The notes beneath the pieces are model-generated. The model was not told where the DNA came from, ran no database searches, and saw nothing but the letters and a program-made list of their open reading frames with translations. Made by a program: the position numbers and the translations under genes. From an uncultured bacterium (GTDB lineage: Bacteria > UBA8481), in contig CAZCME010000004.1 of assembly GCA_964499705.1 (NCBI GenBank), positions 186,001 to 250,000 on the forward strand: a DNA stretch of 64,000 nucleotides, in the 5' to 3' direction. The first letter of the stretch is position 1, and each line of letters starts with the position of its first letter. Of the stretch, positions 29,846 to 39,380 are shown one piece after another.

Positions 29846-31042
29846 ATGGCTATGGGAAGACGACGCTCGATGAGCGTCAAGACGGGGATGATCCTGGCGA
29901 TGGCGGGGTTGATGCTGGCGGGATACAGGATGCCGGCGGGAGCGAGCGGCGACGAGCGGGGTTTCGAGCTCGGCAATGCCCGGATCTTCGGATACGGGGA
30001 TCTCCACTACAACAGCCCGCGCGGCACGGATTTTCCCGACCGGCGCCAGGCCGACCTCGCTGACGCTCACCGCTTCGTCATCGGAGTCAGCTACAACTGG
30101 ACGGAACGTCTCTCGCTCCACGCGGAAGTCGACTTCGAGCACGCCGCCAACGCGGCGGACCTGGAGTTCGAGCTCGGGCACATCGACTACAGGCACTCCG
30201 ACGCCCTCGGCTTCCGGGCCGGCGTCGTTCTCATGCCGGTCGGATCCTTGAACGAGGTTCACGAGCCGACAACGTATTATTCCGTAGAGCGCCCGCAGAT
30301 CGACAACTTCATCATCCCTTCCACATGGCAGGAACTTGGCGCAGGCTTCTTCGGCACGATCTCCGCGCCCTTCCCGATCCGCTACCGTACCTATGCCGTC
30401 TCCAATCTCTCCGCAGCCGGCTTCAGCGCCGACCAGGGGATCCGCGGAGGACGGGGCAAGCTGAAATCCCAGAACACATCCGGAGCCGCCTGGGTCGGAC
30501 GGGTTGAAATCGAGCCGCTGCTCGGATTGACGCTCGGCACGTCCGCCTACTACGGAACCGCAAGCGTCTTCGGCACGGCCAACGGCGTCACGAACGTCGC
30601 CCGGCTCTCGTCCGTCGGCGTCAATCTCTGGACCGGAGAAGTGAAATACATCAAGGGTCCGTACGAGCTCCAGGGACGCTACGCCGTCCTCAATATCGGC
30701 GACGCCGTGGCCGTCTCCGCGAACAACACCGGCAACGATCCCGTCGCCGAACGCTCCACGGGCTGGCTCGGGGAGGCCGCCGTGCATACGGGACAATGGC
30801 TCTTCGCCGACGACAGCGACCTCGATCTCGTCCTCTTCGGCCGCTACCAGGAGATCGACACGCAGGAACGCGTGTCGGCGGGAACGACGAAAAATCTCGC
30901 GTTCGACCGGAACATCACGACTTGGGGACTGGCCTTCTTTCCGCATCGCGATGTCGCCCTGAAGGCGGATGTGGAACACTGGGAGCTCTCGACCGGACAG
31001 TCCGACGAACGGTATAATCTGGGACTGGCTTTCATATATTGA
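29846..31042 (+). CDS. Outer-membrane beta-barrel porin (OprO/P-like)
   Basis: Signal peptide; GYGDLHY, HRFV, EVDFEH, PVG.LNEVHEP...VERP; terminal aromatic residue; ATG at 29846 behind AAGGAG. Confidence 0.8.
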   Translation: MAMGRRRSMSVKTGMILAMAGLMLAGYRMPAGASGDERGFELGNARIFGYGDLHYNSPRGTDFPDRRQADLADAHRFVIGVSYNWTERLSLHAEVDFEHAANAADLEFELGHIDYRHSDALGFRAGVVLMPVGSLNEVHEPTTYYSVERPQIDNFIIPSTWQELGAGFFGTISAPFPIRYRTYAVSNLSAAGFSADQGIRGGRGKLKSQNTSGAAWVGRVEIEPLLGLTLGTSAYYGTASVFGTANGVTNVARLSSVGVNLWTGEVKYIKGPYELQGRYAVLNIGDAVAVSANNTGNDPVAERSTGWLGEAAVHTGQWLFADDSDLDLVLFGRYQEIDTQERVSAGTTKNLAFDRNITTWGLAFFPHRDVALKADVEHWELSTGQSDERYNLGLAFIY

Positions 31043-31608
31043 TCATATTGATTCCATCGCTTCGCCGCGCCGCAGGATGCTCGCTTCTCCTGCTGAGCGC
31101 GATCGCGGGCGCGTCAGGCGCCCGCGAGGGCGATCCGCGCGTCCTCATGTCGCGCGAGGAAGCCTTCAAGGTCATCCTGCCGGGCGCGGACAGGGTTGTC
31201 TCCTCGACGCGCAGGCTCACGACCGAAGCGCGCGCGCGCGTCGAGAAAAAATCCGGTCGCCGCATGGCCGCCGACACGGTCACGCTCTGGGCGGGACTGA
31301 AATACGGCGACACGATCGGTTACGCGTTCATCCTCGATGAGATCGGCCTTCATCACTCCATCACCTTCGGTGTCGGCGTAAAGCCGGACGGGCGGCTGGT
31401 CGATTGCGTCGTCATGGTCTTTCGGGAGTCGAAGGGCAGCGAGATCAAGGACATCCGTTTTCGGCGCCAGTTCCACGGCAAGACTTTATCCGATCCGATC
31501 CGGCTGCATCGGGATATCGTCCACGTCACGGGCGCGACGTATTCCTCCCGGGCCGCCGCCGACGCCGTCCGGAAGGCGCTTTCGCTTCTCGCGGAAGTGA
31601 AGCCGTGA
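31039..31608 (+). CDS. Exported FMN-binding protein (ApbE substrate)
   Basis: Signal peptide; FRESKGSEI, QFHGK, DIVHVTGATYSS with the [S/T]GA[S/T] flavinylation motif. Confidence 0.88.
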   Translation: MIILIPSLRRAAGCSLLLLSAIAGASGAREGDPRVLMSREEAFKVILPGADRVVSSTRRLTTEARARVEKKSGRRMAADTVTLWAGLKYGDTIGYAFILDEIGLHHSITFGVGVKPDGRLVDCVVMVFRESKGSEIKDIRFRRQFHGKTLSDPIRLHRDIVHVTGATYSSRAAADAVRKALSLLAEVKP

Positions 31609-32135
31609 CCGCGATGATGAAGAAAGCGACGTTCATCAACATGTCGCGTCCGCATAAGGCGGCGCTCACGGGTTTTCTTCTTCTTGCGCTTCTTCACCTC
31701 TTCGTCGTCTCCGCCGGCATGGCCCTGACACGCTCCGGCACCTCAGCGCAGTCGATTCGCGAGCACTACGCCGGAAACGATGCGGACGAGACGGTCCCGA
31801 TCGAGAATCTCAGGGCGGCCAAGACCGTCGACGAGATCCTGGAGATCACACACTTCCACATGGCCGTCATGCCGATCTTCACGTTTCTCCTCTGCCATCT
31901 TCTCGCCATGGCCGCCACCATGGGCGTACGATCGAAGATCGGAATCATCATCGCCGCCTACCTCTCGATCGCCCTGGAGATGTCGGTTCCATGGTTCGGT
32001 CTCTTCGCGCCTTCGCTCACTGTACTGAGACTCGCTTCGCGGGCGGGAATGGTCGTCACGAATCTCATCTCGATCTGCGTCCCGATGTACGAAATGTGGA
32101 TCTGGAAGACGGGCTCCGAGAGAACTCATCATTGA
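31605..32135 (+). CDS. Hypothetical integral membrane protein (His-containing TMs)
   Basis: GTG at 31605 overlaps upstream TGA; about 4 TMs; EITHFHM..CHL. Confidence 0.75.
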   Translation: MTAMMKKATFINMSRPHKAALTGFLLLALLHLFVVSAGMALTRSGTSAQSIREHYAGNDADETVPIENLRAAKTVDEILEITHFHMAVMPIFTFLLCHLLAMAATMGVRSKIGIIIAAYLSIALEMSVPWFGLFAPSLTVLRLASRAGMVVTNLISICVPMYEMWIWKTGSERTHH

Positions 32136-33106
32136 ATTCATCCTCTTTCAACCACGAACCACACGAACGGAAATATATTTTTTCATTTTTCGTGTGGTTA
32201 GTGTGGTTCGTGGTTACTGTTTTATTGATATCGGCTTGCTCGTCTGCGCTTCCGCCTGAATCCCCTATGGAAGAGAGCCGGTTTCTCATGGGAACCATGG
32301 CACATATCGCGGCTTATGGAGCATTCCGCGAGGACCTGGCGGCGGCATACTAGATCCTGAAGGCGCATGATGCCCAGCTTCATATCGACGCGGACTCCGG
32401 TCCGCTGCGCATCGATGCGGAATCCATCGCCGACGAATATCGCGCGAAGACGGGGGGAGCCTTCGATCCTCGGATCGGAGGGCTGACCCGCCTCTGGGGA
32501 TTTCACGGCGACTCGCCCCGCATCCCGTCCCGGGCCGAGATCGATGCGGAGAGAAACTCCACGGATCATGAACTCGATTTCGGCGGGATCGGCAAGGGGA
32601 TGGCGGCGGAACGCGCCGGGATGGAACTTATCCGGCGGGGTGTGCGGAGCGCCCTTATCAACCTGGGAGGGAACATCCAGTCGGTTGGCGCGCCGCCGGA
32701 CGGACAGTACTGGACGATCGCAGTCGTTCATCCCCGGAAGACGGATGAGGCTGTCGCCTTCCTCCTGCTGCCTCCGGGACATGCCGTGGCGACATCCGGC
32801 GATTACGAGCGCTTCCTCTTCGATGCTGATGGAAAACGTTTTCACCACATTCTCGATCCTTTGACGGGTTATCCGGCGGAACGCTCGGATACGGATGCGA
32901 AAATCGTCTCGGTCACGATCCAATCTCCTTCCGCAACGGCCGCGGATGCCTGGTCGACAGGAGCCTTTGTCCTCGGATGGCCGGAAGGATTTAGCCGCGT
33001 GGAGGAAGAACCGGATCTCGAAGGTCTCTTCGTCCTGGAACATGAGGATGGACGGATCGAACTACGGAAAACATCCGGGATGAGAATCGAGGCGAAGACG
33101 CGATGA
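32132..33106 (+). pseudogene. apbE: FAD:protein FMN transferase lipoprotein with one in-frame TAG at 32351-32353
   Basis: TTG start overlapping upstream TGA; lipobox LISAC; FLMGT, GGAFDP, DFGGIGKG, NLGGN, ATSGDYER, HHILDPLTG, ADAWST all in one frame across the TAG. Confidence 0.85.
32150..32215. repeat. Gene-less inverted-repeat element of the 9-bp-unit (CACGAA) family
   Basis: AACCACGAACCACACGAAC ... TTTCGTGTGGTTAGTGTGGTTCGTGGTT; same units as the GxxExxY flanks. Confidence 0.8.
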
Positions 33107-33822
33107 TGATACGGCCGCGGAATATTCTCCCTGTCATCGCCATCCTGAGCGCGGCGATCACCGGAAATCCCGTCATCATGTCTCTGACGGCTCTCGCGCT
33201 CTTTCCACTCCGCGCGCGCTCCTGCCACGGGCTTCTGTTCGTCGCCGGCGGCGCTCTCGTCATGGCCTGTCTCGCCGGTCTCTCATCGGCGTCGATCTTC
33301 TTTCTTCGCAGTTCTCTCCTGGCGCTGGCCGCCTCCTTCGTATCGCTCCGCTCCCGTCTGCTCGAAGGCATCATCGCCGACATGCACGCGATCCGGCGGG
33401 AGATGAAGTCCAGGACCGTGACGATGAACATGGAATGGATCCGACGGCAATTTCCGATATTACCGGCCCGGCGCGCGCATCCTCTCGCGGAGACGTTCGT
33501 CTGGTCGATCCTCCTCATTCCCCTGCTGGCCGCGTTCGCTCCATCGCATCCACTTTCCGCTCCCGAAGAATTCATCCTGGAATCGCCCGACGGCACAAGG
33601 ATACTGACCGAAGGACGGCATGAGCTCGGTCGCTCCGGAGGCCGGATCACCGTCGACATTTCCCGGACGGGCGCGCGCGTCCTTGCCGCCGAATGCCCGC
33701 AGCAAAGGTGTCTGCATCAAGGCTCCATCGAAGCCGGATCCGGCCGATCCATCATCTGCATGCCGAACAGGTTCGTCATCCGATCGCGCAGAAAGGCAAA
33801 GGTGGACGGATGGACGGGCTGA
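33103..33822 (+). CDS. Membrane protein fused to NusG domain II (DUF1312-like)
   Basis: C-terminal ECPQQRCLHQG.I...SIICMPNR three-Cys motif; N-terminal TMs. Confidence 0.75.
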   Translation: MMIRPRNILPVIAILSAAITGNPVIMSLTALALFPLRARSCHGLLFVAGGALVMACLAGLSSASIFFLRSSLLALAASFVSLRSRLLEGIIADMHAIRREMKSRTVTMNMEWIRRQFPILPARRAHPLAETFVWSILLIPLLAAFAPSHPLSAPEEFILESPDGTRILTEGRHELGRSGGRITVDISRTGARVLAAECPQQRCLHQGSIEAGSGRSIICMPNRFVIRSRRKAKVDGWTG

Positions 33823-34334
33823 AGCCGTACATTCTCATGGGCACGGCGCTCGGGGTCCTTGAATCCCTCCTGATCCCTCCCTTTCTCCCCTTCCGGCTCG
33901 GCCTGGCCAACGCCGCCACGCTTGCCGCGGTACTTCTTCTGGGAACTCGCGCGGGGCTCTACACGACCGTGGTTCGCACCCTGGCCGTCTCCGCAATCAC
34001 AGGCGGCCTTCTCTCCCTGCCCATGTTCTTCTCGCTCGCGGGCGGCATCGTATCCGCCATCACCATGTCCGCGGTCGCTCTCCTGCCCGTTTCCATCCTT
34101 GCGGTCTCCGCTTCGGGCGGCGCGGCCTCGATGGTGGCGCAGCTCGCTCTCTTCGCCATAACGGGTTCTCTCTCCATTGACACAAGCCTCGTCCTGCTTC
34201 CCTGGATGAGTTCCTGGGGAATCCTGAGCGGGCTCGCGGTCGGCTTGATCGCGACGCGGCTCCCCTGTCCGCGCGCGGAGTATCCGGCGGTATCAGGATC
34301 TCTTCGCATTGATCCTCAAGTGCGCATCCAGTAA
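33810..34334 (+). CDS. Gx transporter / heptaprenyl diphosphate synthase component I family membrane protein
   Basis: LESLLIP..FRLGLAN, FSLAGG, VSASGG; follows NusG-II gene. Confidence 0.8.
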   Translation: MDGLKPYILMGTALGVLESLLIPPFLPFRLGLANAATLAAVLLLGTRAGLYTTVVRTLAVSAITGGLLSLPMFFSLAGGIVSAITMSAVALLPVSILAVSASGGAASMVAQLALFAITGSLSIDTSLVLLPWMSSWGILSGLAVGLIATRLPCPRAEYPAVSGSLRIDPQVRIQ

Positions 34335-34343
34335 AATTCGTTT

Positions 34344-35873
34344 ATGACCAGCCGGATCGAAACGAATCTGCTGACCGAGGAACTGGCCCGCGCCGAAGCG
34401 CGATTCCGACTGGCCCTGGAAGCGGCCCCCAACGGCATGCTCATGGTGGACTCGTCGGGAAAGATCGTCCTGGTGAACAAGCAGGCCGAGATTCTCTTCG
34501 GATATCCGCGCGAGGAGTTGATCGGGAAGCCCATCGAACTTCTTGTTCCCGACTCGGTCAGGGCGCTCCATCCCAGCCTGCGCGAAGGTTTCATCCGGGA
34601 TCCGAAGACGCGGGCCATGGGAGCCGGCCGCGATCTGACGGCACGAAGAAAAGACGGCTCGGAGGTTCCCGTCGAGATCGGATTGAATCCCTTCGAGACG
34701 GAGTCCGGCATGCATGTCATGGCATCCATTGTCGACATCACCGAGCGCAAGCGATCCGCCGCGGCGCTCGAACTTCGCTCGCAGGAGCTGTCTCGTTCCT
34801 TCCGCGATCTCGAAACGATCCTCTATGTCGCGACGCACGATCTGAAGGAGCCGCTGAATGCAATTCTATCCTTCTCGAGAATCGTTTCTGATCGATACGC
34901 CGGGCAACTGGACGAAAAGGGCAGGAATTATCTCCAGCGGATCTCGGGCGGCGCGGAGCGATTGGGCCGGCTGCTGGATGACCTCCTTGTCCTGACGCGG
35001 GCCCAGAGGTTTGAAGTGCCTGCGGAACGGATCGAGGGAGCCGATGTCGTGCGGGAAGCAATGGAGCGATTCCAGGAGAAGATCCAGGAATCGGGAGCGC
35101 GGATCAAGATCGAGGAGAAACTTCCGCGATTCCGCGTTCACAGGACCTGGGCCGTCGAGGCGATCGCCAACCTGCTCTCGAACGCCCTGAAATTCACGCC
35201 GCCCGCGACGCCGCCGGATCTGGAGATCGCAAGCTATGATGGTCCCGAGGGAACGGGGATCGCGGTGAAGGACCGGGGGCCGAGCGTGGCTCCGGAATTA
35301 AGGGAGCGGATTTTCGTCCTCTTCCAGCGCGGCGTGGGGCGCGAAATCGAGGGGACGGGCGCGGGGCTTGCCATCGTGAGGCAGATCGCGGAGCGGCATG
35401 GAGGCCGCGCCTGGATGCAGCCTCGGGCCGGCGGCGGATCGGAGTTCATCGTGACCTTCGGCCGGAAGGAAGGGGAACAGCGCGCGATGCGCATTCTCGT
35501 GGTCGACGACGACGACAATTTTCCGCTCATGCTCCAGGAGGATTTCCGCGAACACGGCATCGTGCGCGAATTCGCCGTGGCCGCGGACGGCGTGGAGGCG
35601 CTTGAGTATCTCCGCCGGCAGGGTGTTCATCGCGACGCGGTCCGGCCAGACATCATTCTTCTCGACATCAATATGCCTCGCATGAACGGATTCGAAGTGC
35701 TGGTAACGATGAGGGCGGATCCGGATTTCAGGAACATTCCCGTCGCGGTGGTCACATCGAGCAGCAGGAAGGAGGACGAAGCGAAGTCGATCGCGGTCGG
35801 CGCGAACGCCTTCTTCACGAAACCCCTCTCCATCCGGAAATTCATGGCGATGATGGACCAGGTGCTGGTTTAA
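34344..35873 (+). CDS. PAS-domain hybrid histidine kinase with C-terminal receiver
   Basis: PAS (PNGMLMVD..G.IVLVN), H box YVATHDLKEPL, NLLSNALKF, GAGLAIV, receiver ILLDINMP. Confidence 0.92.
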   Translation: MTSRIETNLLTEELARAEARFRLALEAAPNGMLMVDSSGKIVLVNKQAEILFGYPREELIGKPIELLVPDSVRALHPSLREGFIRDPKTRAMGAGRDLTARRKDGSEVPVEIGLNPFETESGMHVMASIVDITERKRSAAALELRSQELSRSFRDLETILYVATHDLKEPLNAILSFSRIVSDRYAGQLDEKGRNYLQRISGGAERLGRLLDDLLVLTRAQRFEVPAERIEGADVVREAMERFQEKIQESGARIKIEEKLPRFRVHRTWAVEAIANLLSNALKFTPPATPPDLEIASYDGPEGTGIAVKDRGPSVAPELRERIFVLFQRGVGREIEGTGAGLAIVRQIAERHGGRAWMQPRAGGGSEFIVTFGRKEGEQRAMRILVVDDDDNFPLMLQEDFREHGIVREFAVAADGVEALEYLRRQGVHRDAVRPDIILLDINMPRMNGFEVLVTMRADPDFRNIPVAVVTSSSRKEDEAKSIAVGANAFFTKPLSIRKFMAMMDQVLV

Positions 35874-36352
35874 AGATTCATCCCCAGGACGATTCCGTCC
35901 TCGCCGGTATCCGAATAGTACCCCTTCCTGATCATCACTTCCGTGAATCCGAACTTTCCATACAACTCGCGAGCCGCCGTGTTGGAGGGCCTCACTTCGA
36001 GAATGACCTTCCGTGCTCCGCGCGCGCGCGCTTCATCGAGAAGTGCCGCGAGAAGCGCCGCGCCGGCGCCCCGGCGCCTGATCTCCGGATCGACCGTGAC
36101 GTTATTGATGTGCAGATCCTCGAAGATCATCCAGCCGAAAATGTATCCATGAAGCCGGCTCGCGCGATAACCGAATCGCATTCCGAGCGGATTCGTGAAT
36201 TCCTCGTGGAAAAGCCGCTCGCTCCACGGTGTCGGATACGACGCGCGCTCGATTTCCATGACGCGCGGAAGATCATCCAGTTCCAGGGGACCGACGACGC
36301 CAACGGGCCCGGTCTCGGTCGAGTCTGTTGAAGGAGAAGCAGGATGTCTCAC
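35870..36352 (-). CDS. rimI: Ribosomal-protein-alanine N-acetyltransferase
   Basis: IERASYPTPWS, HINNVTV..RRRGAG, LEVRPSN, RKGYY; GTG at 36352 overlaps tsaB stop. Confidence 0.9.
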   Translation of the reverse strand: MRHPASPSTDSTETGPVGVVGPLELDDLPRVMEIERASYPTPWSERLFHEEFTNPLGMRFGYRASRLHGYIFGWMIFEDLHINNVTVDPEIRRRGAGAALLAALLDEARARGARKVILEVRPSNTAARELYGKFGFTEVMIRKGYYSDTGEDGIVLGMNL

Positions 36353-36948
36353 GCGACGTAGGTGTTCCTGAGATATAACGGCGTCACCTGTTCGACGGGA
36401 ACTCCGTTTCCCTGCCGGATCTTCTCCGCTCCCATCCTGGCGACCGTCCGGGCCAGCGAATCGACGACACGATTGATCCTGGCCTGGTGGTTCGTCGGCG
36501 CCTCGCCCAGGAGGATGACGTCTCGACCACTCGTGAGAGCCCGCCACGTCTCCGCGTCGACGCTTCTTGTCTCTCCGGAGAGAGCGAGAAACCACTCCGT
36601 CTTCCTGAGCTGCACCGAGGGCAAGGCGGCGGACTCCAGGTCCGCAAGAAGATCGAGCGTAGAAACGGCGGCCACGGGAAGAGTTCGCTGGAAAAGCAAA
36701 CCCTTCACGAGCGCGAGTCCGACCCTGATTCCGGTGAAGGAACCCGGCCCCGCCGTTAAAGCGATGCCGTCCAACTGATCCAGACGGGCGCCGGCCTCTT
36801 CCAGAAGCTCCGACACAAAGGGCAGAAGCCTGTCGCTGGCCCGCGGAACTTTTTCGGAAGGAGACGGTGACTTGACCGCGATGATGCCGTCGCGCCAGAG
36901 CGCCGCGCCCGGCCTTTCCGAGATCGAGTCGATGGCAAGAATCATCAT
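36349..36948 (-). CDS. tsaB: t6A biosynthesis protein TsaB
   Basis: ILAIDS, GPGSFTGIRVG..KGL, PLYLR. Confidence 0.9.
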   Translation of the reverse strand: MMILAIDSISERPGAALWRDGIIAVKSPSPSEKVPRASDRLLPFVSELLEEAGARLDQLDGIALTAGPGSFTGIRVGLALVKGLLFQRTLPVAAVSTLDLLADLESAALPSVQLRKTEWFLALSGETRSVDAETWRALTSGRDVILLGEAPTNHQARINRVVDSLARTVARMGAEKIRQGNGVPVEQVTPLYLRNTYVA

Positions 36949-37370
36949 GGCAAAAGCTCATCCGGAATCATCATTACGCGGGCTGTTTCCGTTTCGCCGG
37001 GAGAGATGGTGATCTCCAGGCGGCCGTCCTCGACTTCGGCGGGAAGTTTTTCGCCCCACTCCACGACAACAGCGGCGCCGGCAACAAGCGCTTCATCAAT
37101 TCCCAGGTCGGAAATATCTTCGTGATGGCGGAGCCTGTAGAGATCGATGTGATGGACGGGAATCCGTCCGGAATAGATGTGCTGGATGACATAGGTCGGC
37201 GAGGAGACATGATCTTCGCTGCCCGCGCCGCGCGCGATGCCTCGAACGAGTCGAGTCTTGCCCGCGCCGAGATCGCCTTTCAGGACGATCAGTTCTCCAC
37301 CCCGCAGAGACCGGCCGATCGATTCGCCGATCGCGATCGTTTCTTCTTCGGATCGGCTCGTCCTGATCAT
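36945..37370 (-). CDS. tsaE: t6A biosynthesis ATPase TsaE
   Basis: GDLGAGKT, VSSPTY, HIDLYRL, VEW. Confidence 0.95.
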   Translation of the reverse strand: MIRTSRSEEETIAIGESIGRSLRGGELIVLKGDLGAGKTRLVRGIARGAGSEDHVSSPTYVIQHIYSGRIPVHHIDLYRLRHHEDISDLGIDEALVAGAAVVVEWGEKLPAEVEDGRLEITISPGETETARVMMIPDELLP

Positions 37371-37380
37371 CGCTTCCCGC

Positions 37381-38244
37381 TCATGTCGCCCAGTGCGTGA
37401 ATCCCGAGTCGGGAAGCGGCGAGCCGTCGATCGTCACTCCCGAACCGGCAACGACACGGCCGATCGGAAATCCGCCCGGCGGAGGAAGCGCGGAGGTCGC
37501 AAGGAGTTCGAATTCCTCGCCGCTTTCGAGAGCCGTGGAGATCGGATCGAGACCTGCGCGCTCGATCCCCGGGAATATCGGAATCGCGGAACGCTCGATC
37601 TCGATGCACACGTTCGATTTCCGGGCGATGTGATGCAGTTCCGAAGCGAGGCCGTCGGAGATATCGATCATGGATCTGGCCACCGCGCCCCAGGACTCCG
37701 AGAGATCGAACCGCGCGCGCGGAGAAAGAAAGCGCGCGATCAGGTCCGGAAGAGTCAGTTTTTTTTCCAGCGCAGTCAGTCCCGCACGGGAACCTCCAAG
37801 AGGCCCCGACACATAAACGACATCGCCCGGTCGGGCGCCTGACCGGAGGACGGGACGCGACGCGCGGCCGATTACCGTGAGCGAAACGGTTGTGGCGCCG
37901 GGCGGAGCGGCGGTTGTGTCTCCGCCGATGAGCGGCACTCCCGCGGTGAGAAGCCCTTCGAGGAGTTCCGGAGCGTTCGAAGAGTCCGACGAAGAGAAGT
38001 TCGCGAGCATCCAGAGCGGGGTTCCTCCCATGGCCGCGATATCGGAAAGAGCCGACTGCGCCATCTTCGCGCCGACGATTCGCGGACTTGCCCAAATCCA
38101 GCGAAAGTGAATTTCCTCCACAAACGCATCCGTGGAGACGACAAGGTTCCCCGGCAGGACCGCGGCATCGTCTCCGATCTCCACCCCGCCCGCAGCCATA
38201 CCGGCGCGCGCCCGCAGATGGGAAATCCATTCCCGCTCGTTCAT
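37381..38244 (-). CDS. thiL: Thiamine-monophosphate kinase
   Basis: IGDDAA, LSDIAAMGG, GGDT, IDISDGL, GEEFEL; ATG at 38244. Confidence 0.93.
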   Translation of the reverse strand: MNEREWISHLRARAGMAAGGVEIGDDAAVLPGNLVVSTDAFVEEIHFRWIWASPRIVGAKMAQSALSDIAAMGGTPLWMLANFSSSDSSNAPELLEGLLTAGVPLIGGDTTAAPPGATTVSLTVIGRASRPVLRSGARPGDVVYVSGPLGGSRAGLTALEKKLTLPDLIARFLSPRARFDLSESWGAVARSMIDISDGLASELHHIARKSNVCIEIERSAIPIFPGIERAGLDPISTALESGEEFELLATSALPPPGGFPIGRVVAGSGVTIDGSPLPDSGFTHWAT

Positions 38245-39380
38245 GAGATTTCCTGAATTCGCCGGGGCACCCTGTACGTGATCTGCGTCGTCACTTCGTA
38301 GTTGTTCGTCCCGATCCACTCGGCTTGATCCTCGGCGGTGATGACTTCATCGCCCTGGCGGCCAATCAGGACGATCTCGTCGCCAGGTTCGACATCGGCG
38401 GAGTCGCAATCGATGACCGTCAGATCCATGCAGACGCGTCCGGCGATCCGGCGGCGCTTTCCGCGAACCAGGACTTCTCCCTTGCTGGAGAGCGCCCGGC
38501 GGAGACCGTCGGCGTAGCCGACGGGCATGAGGGCCACCGTGGTTTCACGCGGCGCGACCCATGTGCCGCTGTAGGAAACACGCGCGCCGGCGGTGAGACG
38601 TCGCGTTTCGATGACATGCGATTTCCAGGACAGAGCCGGCACCAGTTTCACGAGGCGCGAGACGGTGAGAGACGGATAGAGCCCGTACATCGCGATTCCG
38701 GCGCGCACCATGTCCAGGGACATCTCCGGCATGTCGATGATCGCTCCGGAATTGGATATGTGAGCGATCGGCGGGCGGAGTTCGGCGGCGCGCAATTCCC
38801 GAAGGAGCAGCTCGAACCTGTCGAACTGGTCATAGGCGCTCGTCCTGTCGGGATCGTCCGATCCCGCAAAGTGGCTGAAGACTCCTTCAACTTCGACTCC
38901 CTCGATCGCTCTCACCGCGCGCAGAAATTCGATCGTCTCGTCCGGTTCGATTCCTGCGCGGTTCATTCCCGTGTTGACCTTGACATGAACTTGCGTTCCC
39001 GTGCCGGACAACGCCCGCGCTGTTTCCAATGAAGTGATGCAGGGAGTGAGGCGATTTTCCGCGACGGACGCGGCCTGCTGAGGAAGAACAGGCGAGAGGA
39101 TGACGATCGGCAGCTCAATGCCGGCGGCGCGGAGAAGCTGGCCTTCATAGGGTGTCGCGACCCCCAGCATCGCGGCGCCGGCCGATTCGGCGGCATGCGC
39201 GACGCCGATCGCGCCGTGGCCGTAGGCCTCCGCCTTCACGACCGCCATGAACCGCGTCGACGCGGGCAGGCGCCTGCGGAGCGAGGCGATATTGGATCGT
39301 ATCGCCTCCGAATCGATCTCGACCCAGGTGGGCCGTTCAAGCTTCGCGCGGAGGAAATCGCTGGAGAATGGCTGCGTCAC
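38241..39380 (-). CDS. alr: Alanine racemase
   Basis: AVVKAEAYGHG, VNTGMNR, RAGIAMYG, GRVCMD. Confidence 0.96.
   Translation of the reverse strand: MTQPFSSDFLRAKLERPTWVEIDSEAIRSNIASLRRRLPASTRFMAVVKAEAYGHGAIGVAHAAESAGAAMLGVATPYEGQLLRAAGIELPIVILSPVLPQQAASVAENRLTPCITSLETARALSGTGTQVHVKVNTGMNRAGIEPDETIEFLRAVRAIEGVEVEGVFSHFAGSDDPDRTSAYDQFDRFELLLRELRAAELRPPIAHISNSGAIIDMPEMSLDMVRAGIAMYGLYPSLTVSRLVKLVPALSWKSHVIETRRLTAGARVSYSGTWVAPRETTVALMPVGYADGLRRALSSKGEVLVRGKRRRIAGRVCMDLTVIDCDSADVEPGDEIVLIGRQGDEVITAEDQAEWIGTNNYEVTTQITYRVPRRIQEIS

Noticed and set aside
32351-32353. Genome-wide TAG reassignment
   Set aside because: Several conserved genes terminate at TAG at their expected C-termini.
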